Source: Octopus vulgaris
Taxonomy: Eukaryota
Direction: 5' to 3'
NCBI GenBank assembly: GCA_951406725.2
Contig: OX597837.1
Location: 15,066,001 to 15,130,000 of the forward strand
DNA length: 64,000 bases
Shown here: positions 37,187-53,439 of the stretch, piece after piece
How the letters are laid out: each line of letters opens with the position of its first letter
Numbering within the stretch: the first letter of the stretch is position 1
Program-made: the position numbers and the translations under genes
The notes under the pieces: model-generated
What the model was told of the DNA's origin: nothing
What the model saw: only the letters and a program-made list of their open reading frames with translations
The model's database searches: none

Positions 37187-38131
37187 ACAAAAACAAACAA
37201 ATCTACAATCGAGTGAGAAGAAAAAAGTGCAAATAAAAACCTGACTAAAGTAGATTTCTTTCTCTTTAAATATTTTTTCATCACATATTTAAAATCCCCC
37301 CTCAACAACAACAACAACAACAAGACAAAAATGCTTATTTTTCTTTTTGTATTTTGTCCTAAATTTATGAGATAGGTATGTAAAATACTACATATGTACA
37401 CACGCATATATGTATGTATAAAAAAAATGTATGCATACATATACATGTGCCATACATGCACCCATCACTTGTACGTGTATGGAAGGGTATATTTCTATAT
37501 TTCTGTGTGTATGCAGGTATGTGTTGCATGTAATATATATTCTGTATTTGTGGAGTTGGGGCATCATAAGTTATTCAAAAATGAAGATTACAAACCTTTA
37601 AAAACCAAAATTATCTCGATACTAAATTTATTTGCATCTACATTGGCTGTCTTTTGGCAGCAGTGTTTCGTTTTCAGTCGGTTCTTAAGTTACCTTACTT
37701 GAGACGGTGAGACTTAGAAGAAATTTCTTTAATTGAATAGTCACAGCAATTATTCTAATAACCGATTTAAGTTAATCAGGAGGGAAAAAAAAAAACAAAT
37801 TCTATTACTTGAATTAATTACCGAAACGCATTTTTTGAGTTCTAACATTAAAATGCTTTTGAAATCGAGCGTGCGTGCATGCACGTGGCTATCATGTTCA
37901 GTGTCCAGCACCTTCATTTTGTCATGTCTCCATGCTATTATTTTATACAAATTGATTTTCTGTGTCAAACAATTATTGTTGAATCTTCAATATTATCATA
38001 TTTTTGTCTGAATTTATTGCAGTTTGTCATTTTGATATCTCTCTCTCTCTCTCTCTGCTATGCTCTCACTCTGCTCTCTGTATGCCAAAATGGAAATCTA
38101 TATTGTTTAGTCAAACGTTGCCTAATTATTG

Positions 38132-38137
38132 AATAAA
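38132..38137 (+). terminator. Probable polyadenylation signal of DHP/CRMP (3' UTR about 37187-38155)
   Basis: AATAAA followed by a U-rich tract, just before repeat sequence resumes; a proximal AATAAA also at 37232. Confidence 0.5.
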
Positions 38138-38974
38138 CTATTCATCAAACAGATTCACGTCTCCTTCGTTTTCTTTTCTTCCTTCACTAGTTTCAGTCCT
38201 CAATTCTCAGCATCTGAACCAGCCAAAACCAACACAAACATTCTACTTGTTTTGTGTTAAAACTGACCAAATCCAGCCTCTCACACTTAGCCTACAATGT
38301 CCGAAAACGAACAATTACATCGACATCTCAAAGCTGCGAGATAAGTAATGATTAGGAAGGGCATCCAGCTGTAGAAACTCTGCCAGGTCAAGATTGGAGC
38401 CTGGTGCAGCCATCTGATTCGCCAGCCCTCAGTCAAAATCGTCCAACCCATGCTAGCATGGAAAGCAGACGGTAAACGATGATGAGAACAATGTGAATAA
38501 AAAAAAAAGCATTACATTTGACAGAGTAATCTCGATGCTGAAGGATTAAGAATGCTAAAACCTTAAACCAGCCCCCAAATCCAGCCCAAATATTCTACAT
38601 GTTTTATGTTCGAACCAACCAGATCTGGCCTCTCACACCTGCCCTACACTGTCATTCTAAATATAAAAAACCTCATTGAAATTTTGAAGCTATGAGAAAA
38701 TGCAAGATTAATTCAAAACAACGTGAATAAATAAGCGTTACATTTGATAAGGGAGTCTGAATGTTAAAGGCTTAGAAATATGATTTCCAATTTTCACATC
38801 AGCACCACTTTTTCATGCTTGTAGGAATCAAACAGAATTTGTTGAGGCAGATTTTTCAAAGAAGTGCAGAAAGTTAACATTCACACAGACATGCATACAT
38901 CTATCACTCAAAGCGGTGTTGAATAAAAAAAGATATATTGAACAAAGTAACCACAAAGCTAAGCCCACACACGA

Positions 38975-39605
38975 GACATTTGCGTTGGTATGGTCATGTA
39001 CTTCGGATGGACGAGGAGAGATGTGTGAAGAAGTGCCACTCCCAAACAGTTGAAGGAATCCTGGGGTAGAGGTAGACCCAGGAAGACATGGGATGAGGTG
39101 GTGAAGCATGACCTTCAAATGTTGGACCTCACAGACGCAATGATGAAAAACCAAAACCTCTGGAGATATGCTGTGACTGAGAAGACCCAGCAAATAGAGT
39201 GAGTTCATAGCTGTAGCCTACAACTAACCAGCCCACTCAAAAGTACCTTGGATCATAGGGCAACATGCTGTGCTTGAGGAGACCTATTGAGTCAAGTACA
39301 TCAAAATCAAATGGAAATTGTAGTTGTGATCCCCGTGGCCAATGCCAGCCCCGCTTTGACTTGCTTCTGTGCTGATAGCACGTAAAAAGCATCAACCAAT
39401 CGTGGTCATTGCCAGCCTCCTCTGGCCCTTGTGCCAATGGCATGTAAAATGCACCCACTACACTCAGAGTGGTTGGCATTAGGAAGGGCATCCAGCTGTA
39501 GAAAAAATGGAGCCTGGTGCAGCCTCCTGGCTTCCCAGACCCCAGTCGGACCGTCCAACTCATACCAGCATGGAAAATGGACATTAAACGATCATGATGA
39601 TGATA
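38975..39605 (+). mobile_element. RTE LINE 3' end with (GAT)n-tailed 3' region
   Basis: LRWYGHVLRMDEERCVKK...GRGRPRKTWDEVV motif, followed by the abundant ggcattaggaagggcatccagc repeat and a GAT tail. Confidence 0.75.
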
Positions 39606-39880
39606 TTGAACACATTTGGGATTCTCTCCACAGTCAGAGAAAATTCTTCACATTGACATGTTGAAACATTGGAGGTGGGGTGGGGCTGTAAATGACATCA
39701 TTGGATCATAGTAGCACACATTGTGTCATTCCACGTCGTCAGCAACAAAAAAAAATGTCATTCATTACCCAAATAAGAGGGAAATTCTTAAAACAGTTTG
39801 CAAAATGTGTGTATAGCATGGTGAGGCTAGAACTAAATAATGTTGCACAAAGCAGCACTAAGTAAACACTATTCATGTAA

Positions 39881-40086
39881 AGTCATATTTAATAGATTTG
39901 AGTGTATTTGGACATGGCAGGACCTTTAGCTGCGGAGATAGACCTTAACAGAAAATTCTTCACTTAGATATTTGCCCTAAAAATATTTTTTCACACATGC
40001 CTAGGTGGAGAATTTTATCCCAGGACTATCTCTACAGTGAAAAGTCTTATCACATCCAAATACACTCCAACATGTTAAATATGGCT
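39881..40086. mobile_element. Old palindromic MITE-like element
   Basis: Imperfect ~90-bp inverted arms (catatttaa...gagtgtatttgga / tccaaatacactc...ttaaatatg). Confidence 0.6.
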
Positions 40087-42369
40087 TGACAAGAAAATAT
40101 TGTTCTACTGGACCCAAGTCAGAAAATTCTGGTAAAGTGCATCACTTCCAAGCATAAACAGAAAACAGAGAATCAACAGGCTACGTGCAGTTTTCATCTA
40201 CTGAATTCACTCGAGACATTGGTCGGCCCAGCACTTTACAAGCAGGCATTTTACTCAAGTACCTTGCATTGGAATTGAACCCAGAGTACTGTGGGTTAAG
40301 CAAGTACTTTTGAAAGGATGCTCTTATTAAAACTATCACAGTAGCAAGTTATCACATCAATGTTGATACAGTTGTGTTCTATAAAATGTTGTTAGTCACA
40401 CTATCATCACAGTTATGTCATCTTTGCTGAATTTCTGTGGTTATCTAAGATGTCTGTTATCGTTAATAAATTTTTGATACGGATTCAGAAACTCTTCTCT
40501 GAGAAGACTTACATGTGAAGTGACATTACTTTTTTTTTTTTTTCTCTTTTAAATGATTTGCCACAGTTATCCACAGTCATACAGTTTAGAGTTTGTTTCT
40601 ACCGTTCGAATATGTGTGTGTGGTACAGACAAGTGCCTGTGTGGGTGGCTGTATGCACAAAAAGACACGTTCATACACATACATTCATACATATATATAT
40701 AAATGTTTCTATGTTACATATATATATATAAGGGGAAAGTTTACGAAAATAAACAAAAGACGAAGGCAAGTGGAGTACAAACAAACAACTGTATTAGTAT
40801 GGTGTTCAGGAATAGAAAAAGTCTTACGTTTCGAGCCTACGCTCTTCGACAGAAAGATACACAGAAAAAAAAAACAAGGAGAGAAAAAAATGTGTGTAGG
40901 AGCTAACGATCTATCATGGCATCCTGACTTCGGACAGTGGTCAGACGCGAGAGGGATCGTTTTTGGATTTGGTTTGCAAGATTCTTTATATGAGTTAGTG
41001 TGTTGAAGCATATTCTGTTGTGTCTGGGGAGAGTCATTTTCTTTTTGTGCCTTATTTATTTTTTTCTGTATGTAAGCATATAGATATGTAAATAAACAGA
41101 TCAATATACAGACAGATAGGTATATAAACTATATGAACAGACACAAATGGAGACACGGATCCACACATATAAAGATGCACATCCATACATACAAACATGG
41201 TACATAGTTGCATAACACAGACACACACAGACACAGACATGCACACACACACATACATATACAAACACATGCTCACACACACATACATATAGAAAATACA
41301 CAAACACCGGACATGCAAGCACATAAATATGCAGGATACGTACATACAGATGCACACACACATAAATGTACATGCATGCATGCATAGGCACACACACACA
41401 CACACTGACCCACACACATGCACACAAACAAACAAAAGGGAACGCAGTGTAAATAACGGACAGAGTCAAGACTATTGAAAAGGTTGCAAGACGCAACGAA
41501 AATTTTAGAAAATAAAAATAAGAAATAAGTGGAAATTTTACCGGTGAGTGTGTTACATAATAAGGCACAAAAAGAAATTGACACAACAGAATATATATAC
41601 ATATATATATATATTTCTTAAAAAAGGTTGAATGCGAGTTTGTCGCTTAATTGGAGTAATTTCCAAAGATTTCTAACATTGTTTCTTCAAACTTTACTTT
41701 TGAATTTGTGTAAATTAGTGTAGATATGAAAACTTAATGTAGATACACTCAGTACAACAAATTCATATTTTTATGTAAATGGAGGAGATTAGATGTTAAA
41801 ATGGATTCTAGTTTTTATTATTCATGTTGCCATAGAAAAGGACAGAGATATTGATAATGGGAAATTGGAACTGTCAAATTGTACTTGTTGGTAGCTTTGG
41901 GTAAAAACCACAAAAGACATAAGAAGTACATAGATTGTTTTTGTTAGTAATCATGTTGTGTTTGTTATTGGAGTCGTGTCTATTTAGAACAAGACTCTCG
42001 CATACTGTAAGCAGACTGGGTTATAAATCAAGCTGTGTCCTCTTGAAGCACATCTGCTTTATTCCAGTTCTCCAGAATTGTATGGAGAAGTTATCTTTGT
42101 GTGAAGCATGCATAAGATTTGGGAAATATTTTTGGCAGAGTAATTATAAATCACAACAGAAGAGTTGGGAAAGAAATTGTTTTTGGTGTTGTTTATTCAC
42201 CATTACACATGTTTAATTTCCCAATAGGAGGTGTAAGACGTACATGTAGAGTAAACATGTAGGACATGTATTAGAAATTCTTCTGAGAATCACATGTGAC
42301 TTTGATTATTTATTCACCATTATGGTGAATTAATAATACCAAAAATTTTTTTCCAATCTCCTGTTTTTT

Positions 42370-42690
42370 AGTTAGTTAGTTAATTTTTTGGCTCAAAAAG
42401 CAAGGCCATGTAGGGGGACATGGAGTTATGTACAGGGTGGTGTTCATGTAAAGAGTTCAGGCCACTTGTGGTCAAAGGAGACTTTGTACCGAGCGGTCGT
42501 CGGCATCTTCACCATCTCGTCCGGCAGCTTATTCCACGGATCCGCAACCCGGACGGAGAAAGCCCCTCTCCTTCGATTGAGATGAAATCATCGCAGATAG
42601 AGCTTTTCGGAATGACCCCGCAGCCGACGCTCTGGAGCAGGAATGAAGAACAGCTCCTTCGAGAGGTTACACTTTCCGCTTATGATGTTG
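42370..42690 (-). mobile_element. CR1-like LINE 3' end
   Basis: Minus-strand RRRGAFSVRVADPWNKLP motif and a (TAAC)n tail. Confidence 0.65.
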
Positions 42691-43627
42691 TGATATGCTG
42701 TTTTGATATGTATCAGTGTACATATATTGCATGTATGTAAATATATCATCATCATCATCATCGTTTAACGTCCGTTCTCCATGCTAGCATGGGTTGGACG
42801 GTTTGACCGGGGATCTGGGAAGCCAGAAGGCTGCACCAGGCTCCGGTCTTTTCTGGCAAAGTTTCTACAGCTGGATGCCCTTCCTAACGCCAACCACTCC
42901 GTGAGTGTAGTGGGTGCTCTTTATATGCCACCTGCACTGGTGCCAGGCGAGGCTGGCATCGGCCACGGTCGGATTGGTGCATTTTACGTGCCACCTGCAC
43001 GGAAGCCAGTCGAGGCGGCACTGGCTTCGGCCACGATTCGGATGGTGCTTTTTACGTGCCACCGACACGGAAGCCAGTCGAGGCGATATAAATATATATT
43101 TATTTATATTTTACATATATATGCATAAAGAGGACATGGATTCAGAAAATTGTTCATCTATCACAGTAAGCTTCTTCAACAGAATTGGCTATCAGTCCAC
43201 AGAGTAATCAATTACAAAGAAGTGTAATATAAGATGTCCATGCAACTGAGAATCCAGAAAGTCTGAATGGTGAAATTATTCCATGAGGTGTATGTATGTA
43301 TTTATAAATATGTATAATATATAGATATTTATACACACACATACTTACATATACATATAGAGGAAGCTGTTTATTATAATCACAGATTATGTAGCCAAAC
43401 AATTACTGTTATCAAAATTAGCACCACCATAATCCTGCCAAGTCTTTACTTAAAATGTATTGGCGAACATCTGCTTATTGGAATCAAACTGTCATTTGTT
43501 ACTAGCGACATTTTTATGTAAGCTGCAATCCAATTACTACATTCCCTTCAAAGATCAAAAGCAAAGCACCAGAAGCTGTGGAGAAGGGAAAAGCTGACAA
43601 CAGATGCTGGTAAGTTGAACTATTCAG

Positions 43628-43665
<38 letters not shown>

Positions 43666-45083
43666 GAATTTACAAAAAGACGAAGACAGGTTGGTAAACA
43701 ACAAACAGATGTATTAGTTTAACACTCGGGAAGTGAGAAAGTTTTTTATGTTTCGAGCCTACGCTCTTCAACAGAAAGGAACACAGAAATAAACAGGGAG
43801 AGAAAATAGAAAATATATATATATACGAGCGAGGGGACAAATGTGTGTGGGGGCATGCGCATGCCACAGACATGCACACAACCATGTGAGTATGTCCACA
43901 CACCCATATTATATAACTATATATTTGCGCATACTGCCCCTTCTTACTTCCTCTCCAACCTGACCAATTTCCTGTCCACCATGTGGTGTTTACCAACTGT
44001 CACCACTGGTATACAGTTATACAAACATCAAACCACGACACCATGTGACTTTCCTTGACCAATCGCAGCCCACCTTATGGTAATAACAATCAGCTTCTTT
44101 CATTCAAATTCAAAATGACCGAACATTAGCATCAAATCTGAAACTCTTGGAGTACCAAGGAATTGGAATCAAACCGCTTTGATCCATATATATATATATA
44201 TGGCACCTTGGGCAAGTGTCTTATAGTATAGCCTCGATCCAACCAAAGCATTGTGAGAGGATTTTGTTGTTGGAAATTGAAAGAAGCCCATTATCAATAA
44301 AGATATGTGTGTGTCTGTCTGTCCCCCAGCCATCACTGTGTTGGAGTGTTTACATCCCTGTAACTTAGTGGTTTGGCAAAAGAGACTAATAGAATAAGTA
44401 CCAGGCTTTAAAAAAAATAAGTCTTGGGGTTGATTTGTTCGACTAAAACCTTTCAAGGCAGCGCTCCAGCATGGCCGCAGTCAAATGATTGAAACAAGAG
44501 AATAAAAGAAAAATATAAGTTTGTAGTATTATAAGAAATGGATTTGGAGAATTGTGGGATTATCGCAGAAAGATCCTTTTACAAGCTCGATTAACTGTCC
44601 CCGTAGTAATCCCAATAGAGAGAGGTGTAATGTGGGAAGAGGATCCATGCAGCTGAAATCCAGAAGATCCAATCAACGAGATTATTTCATGAGGAATATA
44701 TAAACGATGACAAGTCAGGAGGTCAGGCAGGTGCAAACAAGACCAAAAGTACATAATGATGCAAACATTTAAGCAGAACTTCTTCCACATGGAAACGGTT
44801 ACAAGATGAACGAGGCTCTGCAAAACAGCCAGAATCCCCAGGATGACAAATCGTTAAAGAAATATGTTCATCTCTCATACCTCCTCACTTTTTATGGTTT
44901 ATATATATATATATAACGAGGTTTACGAAGGCAGATGGAGTACAGACAAGCAAATGTATTAGTATGGCGCTCAGGAATAGAAATAGAAAAAGTCTTTTAC
45001 GTTTTGAGCCTACGCTCTTCGATAGAAAGATACACAGAAAAAAAAAACAAAGAGAGAAAAAAATGCGTGTATGTATATATATA

Positions 45084-45301
45084 CACGAGGGGTTGCTGGA
45101 AAATCCCTGGTTTTAAGGGTGTTGTGAAAGGCCTGGTTGAAGGCCCAACTGTCTGAGTTCTTTTACAGGTCTTAGAAAAACTGAAAAACTGTTGCAATAA
45201 GCACAAGAATCTGTGAAGGGAAATTGTTGAATAAAATCAGAATTGATCTTCCTGTATTTTCTTCAACCCAAAGCCAGGAACTTTTCACCACACCCCTTGC
45301 A
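45084..45301. mobile_element. Mariner-type MITE
   Basis: Ends cacgaggggttgctggaaaatccctgg / ccaggaacttttcaccacaccccttgca, embedded in TA repeats. Confidence 0.55.
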
Positions 45302-45406
45302 TACATGTGTGCGTGTATGTATATTATGTGTGTATATATGTGTGCATATATATATATGTATGTATATATACACACATATCTATAAACACACACATATATA
45401 TGTATA

Positions 45407-45446
<40 letters not shown>

Positions 45447-45681
45447 TATATATGTATATACACACACATATGTATGTATATATTTGTGTGTGTACATACA
45501 TACATATAATGTATATACCAGTGGTGTGCGGTGACTTCCGGGGTTGGGTATGCAATGAATTTCTTTGCCCCCCCCCCCCCCCAACAATTTTTCAGTGTAT
45601 ATTTCCTTTGTCGAAGTTTAAAAGAGTTTAATTACACAAAATTATTTTTAAAATCTGCCGGTCAAAGTGAAAAGATCCCAG

Positions 45682-45718
<37 letters not shown>

Positions 45719-45888
45719 GCCACAAGACGGAACGGTCATTTCTGGAATGTTTTTGATCTTGGCTCATTCAAAGCTTACCTACAATTAAGAATATCGCTTT
45801 CAGAAATATTGTCATCAGTTCGTGTTGTTTTATTTACAAGAGGGAAAACGGGACAACGGTTTCAAATACATTCATCTCTCATCTGATG

Positions 45889-46295
45889 ATGAGAGAGAGA
45901 TAGAGAGACAGACAGAGAGGGGAGAGAGACAGACAGAGAGAAATAGAGAGACAGACAGAGAGAGATAGAGAGACAGACGGACTGACAGAAGCAAAAAGAG
46001 AAAGGGAAACAGAAAGAGAGACAAATAGAGAGAAACCGGGAGAGAGACAGAGAGAGAGAGAGAGAAACTGGCAGACAGCTTGAGAGAAAGAGAGACAGAC
46101 AGACAGACAGAGAGAAAGATATGCAAAGTAAGAGAGGAGGCGAGGGAGACAGAAAGAGACGAAAAGGGGTTGACAGAGAGAAAGAGGAGCGGATAGAGCG
46201 GAAGAGAGAGAGATAGAAAGAGCGGGAGAGAGGGAGAGAGAAAGACAGAAAAACAAGCAGAGAGAGGGAAAGAGAGAGTGGAGAGGGAGAAAGAA
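45889..46295. repeat. GA-rich polypurine low-complexity tract
   Basis: (GA)n / GACA units. Confidence 0.9.
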
Positions 46296-47493
46296 GTTAT
46301 AAACTGTCGTTAGTGAAGTTATTGCTGTTGATTGTTGTTGTTGTTGTGGTGGGTGGCGGCGGTGGTGGTGAAAGCAAGAGAGGTCGAAACTGTTTGACCC
46401 CAGAGGGTCACAGTTGCTGGCTTTTGTTGTTTGTTTTGCTTTGAGTAGCAAACGTGGTTCTTCGGTTTTTGGTCAAACGAAAGCGTTTGACCCGGTCATA
46501 AAAAACAAACAAAAATAGTGTAATGGGTGTAAAACAACTTGCTCTAAAGGAATAGGACCAAAAAAAATGGGCGGGGGGGGAGGCCTCGGAAAATTCACAT
46601 CTCCAGTCCATGGCCTTTAAACTATAGTGTTTGACCCGGGCCGGAAAAAAATTTTAAAATAAGTGTAATTGGTGTAAAACTACTTGTTCTAAACGATTGT
46701 CAAGAACACACACAAAGAGAAATGGTTGGTTGAAGGCAAGTATGCATTGAACTGAATTTAGATAAGCAAGAAATATATTACCAAAGAAAAGGCCATAGCA
46801 CCATCTTTAGTGTCTGTTGTTGTTATTATTATGGAGTTGAATGCGTGTGTGGTGAAGTTATTAATATCAATAGATTAAGCAACACCATTGTAGTGAAATA
46901 ATAGTTTCTATACTTTTGGTTTGGCTCTGCTGAATTGAGTCAAAGACTATTTAATACAAGTCAGCAGAAAAAAGAAATACAAAAAATGCGATATCCATAA
47001 CAGTAAAGAAATAAGACCTCCCCCAAACAGTAACCCTTGTCTTTAAAATCTCCCTAACAAAAAGAAGAAAGGTTGTTTGGCTATGGACCGATCTTTCCAT
47101 GTTGTGGTTTAGCCATTATTTACACGATTTTTTTTCTGCTTTTGTGCCCGGGTCAAACCCTTTTAGTTTGACCCTTTTCTAAGCAAAAAAGTAAACAAGG
47201 CCAACAGAATAATTGTCTCGTGAATTTCTTGTATCATCGCAAATTAGGTAAATTCGATGTTGGTCTGAGACCGTTTATAATTAATTGTTTCCCATCGAAA
47301 TCTCTTTTCGAAAAACTATTTCCCAAAATATCGTTTATAACACATTTCACTCATTTCGAAAAAGGCTGCTCTTATATAAGAACACACGTGGAAGTGTCTG
47401 AGTAAATTCTAAGTCAATTTCAACAAAACGGAAAAATAACCTGAGTTAAATTAATTAAAGATTAATTAGCTACTTCTGAAATAATATAATATA

Positions 47494-47797
47494 TTCTGTT
47501 GTGTCTGGGGAGAGTCATTTTCTTTTTTGTGCCTTTATAATGTAACACACTCACCGTTAAAATTTCCACTATTTTCTTATTTTTATTTTCCTAAAATTTT
47601 CGTTGCGTCTTGCAACCTTTTCAATAGTCTTGACGAAAATTTTAGGAAGATAAAAATAAGAAAAAAGTGGAAATTTTACCGGTGAGTGTGTTACATTATA
47701 AGGCACAAAAAGAGAATGACTCTCCCAAGACACAACAGAAGATGCTTCAACACACGAACTATTATATGAAGAATCTTGCAAACCAAATCCAAAAACG
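47494..47797. mobile_element. Fold-back repeat with ~110-bp inverted arms; related copies at ~40958-41052 and ~41460-41592
   Basis: Arm 47494-47603 is the reverse complement of 47633-47740; 47741-47797 is the reverse complement of ~40958-41010. Confidence 0.75.
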
Positions 47798-48170
47798 AAA
47801 TATAATATAGATTATATTTTTTTGTTGTCAGAACACTTCAAAAATATAATAATGCAAACATGTTTTGGATAAAAAGAATTCAAACTTACCACCATTTCAG
47901 CTGGCAAACTCAAGAATTATGGGACAGCTCTTGTCACCGAGAGAGAGAGAGGGAGGGAGAGAGGAAGGACAAACTGACAGAGGGGGAGTGTCTGTCCTGC
48001 GGGTCATCTCAAAGCAGAAGTATGAGGCAGTGAGAGAGGGGGAAGGGGAGACGAAATATTTCGAAAACAACTGGACGAATATTCTTTGAAACAAAGAAAC
48101 TATTTTATCTAATTTTCCGATGACATGGAGAAAGAATCACATACCTTGCATACCTGAGAGTGCACGCCCC

Positions 48171-50220
<2,050 letters not shown>

Positions 50221-50494
50221 ATAGGTATAAGTGAGAATCTCCTTATTTACCTATAACTCTATCCCCCCTTTTTTTATATATATATTTTTTATTTTTTTTA
50301 TTTTTTTATTATTTTATTTTTTTATATTTTTTTATTTTTTTATTTATCTATTCTTTCATCTAACTTACCACTGACTCCTTGACCACTCCCCCAAGTATGA
50401 TATTTTGCGCTATGCCTACCCCCAAAAAAGTCCCCCACCACCACTCCTTTAAACCTGCCTAAATGTATAAATGCTAATACAATTCTTGTTAAAT

Positions 50495-50545
50495 AGCTTC
50501 CTGAAGATTTCTCTTGAATGAAACAGTACTAGTCCTGTAGAAGCT
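50495..50545 (+). ncRNA. Type I hammerhead ribozyme motif
   Basis: agcttc-CTGAAGA-t.ttc(tctt)gaa.t-GAAA-cag(tactagtc)ctg-TA-gaagct; 6-bp stem I, GUA triplet. Confidence 0.7.
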
Positions 50546-50556
50546 CCTTCTATATA

Positions 50557-50600
<44 letters not shown>

Positions 50601-50887
50601 TTATATATGTATATATATATATATTCTTATATATATATATATATATATAAGGTTAATCCAAACGGGAAAACAGAAAAAACAACAACACGTGGAACAATTA
50701 CAGTATCATTATTATTAGGCACTCAGGAAAATGGAAGAAGGAGGGTATGACGTTTCGAGCGGAGCTCTTCGTCGGAAACATAAGAGAAAGAAAGAAAGAT
50801 CCCGAGACGGGAGGACAGAGGAAAAAAAATTGCAGGTCGTCTTCACGAGGTCACATACTGATATATATATATATATATATATATTCT

Positions 50888-50939
<52 letters not shown>

Positions 50940-51959
50940 CATATATAGATATACATATATACATACATACATATATATGTATATATGTATATGTTTGTGT
51001 CTGTGTTTGTCCCCTCCACCAACATTTGACAACTGATGTTGGTGTGTTTATGTCCCCGTAACTTAGCAGTTCGGCAAAAGAGACCGATAGAATAAGTACT
51101 AGGCTAACAAAGAATAAGTCATGGGGTCGACTAAAGGCAGTGCTCCAGCATGGCCACAGTCACATGACTGAAACAAGTAAAAGAGTAAAAAGAGAGTAAT
51201 ATTTCTATATATACATACATATATATACATATATGTGGCCTGCTCGCTTAGCCAGCGGGGTGGCGTCATTCAAAGGCTAAAACAATGCAAACGCATTGTG
51301 ACCAGCGATGTGTAACAACATTTGATGGTCTGGTCGGTCACATGATCACGTGATATACATATATGTGCAAGAGTTAAGGAATGGAGTAGATAAGATTCGG
51401 GCCACATATGGTTCATAGCGAGCAGAACCACGGGCTCCTGTGCCGGTGGCACATAAAAAGCACCCACTACACTCTTGGAGTTGTTGGCGTTAGGAAAGGC
51501 ATCCCGCTGTAGAAACATTGCCAGATCAGATCGGAGCCTGGTGCAGCCCCTGGCAGTCAAGGGGCACTAGCATCAGCCACATTCAGATGATGTCTTTTAT
51601 GCACCAGCAGCACGGGTACCAGTCAAGGGCCACTGGTATCGACCCTCTTCGGATGATGCATTTTATGTGCCACCGGAACAGGAGTGTGCATTTTTATGTG
51701 TGTATAATAAGAAGTGGTGCTCCATCGGTTACAATGATGAGGGTTCCAGCTGATCCGACCAATGGAACAGCCTCCTCGTGGCTTGGCTGAGTACTCCACA
51801 GACACCATTTAACGTAGTTCTCAGGGAGATTCAGTGTGACACAGAATGTGACAAGGCTGTCCCCTTTGAATTACAGGCACAACTCGTATTTGCCAGCCGA
51901 GTGGTCAGGAGCAAAGTGGAATAAAGTGTCTTGCTCTGGATCTTGACAGCAGTGTTAAA

Positions 51960-52150
51960 AACACAGCAACTTTTGGGGAAGAGATGGAAGTCTTCAGGTG
52001 CTAAATCTGTCCAACGGGGCAGGTGTGGATGTGACATCATGTTGTCTTTGGCAAGAAACTCACATGTGAGGAGAGCTCGGTCGCAGGGTGCACTGTCGTC
52101 GTGATGCATCCAGTTCTTTGCACTCCACAAATCTGGTTGCTTTCACAGAG
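51960..52150 (-). mobile_element. Mariner transposase fragment
   Basis: WMHHDDSAPC...EFLAKDN...HLPRWTDLAPEDFHLFPK matches HDNAP / YSPDLAPxDFxLFP motifs. Confidence 0.75.
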
Positions 52151-53439
52151 TGTCCTCTCTCAATCTCAGAATCTCTGGATTCCGTGGTATATAAGTCTTC
52201 CACTTAGATGGGAGGACAGTCTGTCACAGGGTTAATCCTTTTTGCCAGCTGAGTGGACTGGAGCAATGTGAAACAAAGTATCTTGCTCGAGGGCACAGTG
52301 CGCCACCAGGAATTGAACACACGACCTTATGACCCTGAGCCAAATTCCCCACCACCCACTCAGCCACATAACTTCCCTGTGTGTCAAAATGGTTTACAAG
52401 AAGAATTACAATGGAAAAGTGAAACAAAATTTAGACTGAAATATTTATTTTATATAGAATCAATCATGGGTTGTGAATATAGAGAAGTTTGCAATCAACA
52501 CAAACAATATGTAAGATTTAAAAAAAAAAAGTCTATTTCAGAGCCTGGGTTCCTCTCATCAGAACTCCTTCATAAAGAAAGACACAAAGCATTGTCCCAA
52601 AAATTTCATGAAAAATAATATTTGTGATGTGGTCTCTATCAGCTTTGTATCACCAACATTTCTGCATAACTAGTGGCAAGGCTCTAAGTGTAACACTTTT
52701 CTTTGGATATAAATATTTTCCATGTAAAATATTATATTCTTGAAGTGACACTTTGAAAAGTGCAATGTTCTGCAAACGGTTTTGGTTTTGTTATCATCAT
52801 CATCATCGTCGTCTTCGTCAAAGTCAACAGTGGATTCCAATTTGAGGCACAAAGAGGAAGTTTTTGATCACAGCTAGAAGTATCACTGCACCCACAATAG
52901 TTTAGCTCAAAAGAGAGAAATGTTTCACTCAACAGATCTCAAAACAGACTGAGCTGCCATTCTTCATGTACACAAGTTCTTACAAAGATTTGTTGAAGTA
53001 CACAGCACATTAGTGAATATATACACACATATATATATATACACATATATATACATACATACATACACATATATATATATAAATATATATATCTCAACTT
53101 ATATTAATACTGTCATTCCTTTTCTGCTCAATCAATAAATCAAATTAAAAAGTATTGATTTCAGGTTCTGTGTATTGGCATTAACAGACTCCGTTAATAA
53201 AAGACACAGAATGAAGATGGTAAATTTAAAGAATAAACTGTGGTAAACAAAATTTAGCAATTTCACCAAACGTGTGTACGTTGTTGTGTTGAGGTCTTTG
53301 TCCTGTCTGCTCTGACCTTTCCGTAAATGTCTTCTTCCCTTTCAAACAGTAAAAACAGTGCAAGGGTGGTGGAGTTTTTGTGGCTTTAAATTAAAGTAGC
53401 TTTCACCTTTTTTTCCTTCTCTTTTTTTTTTTCTGGATT

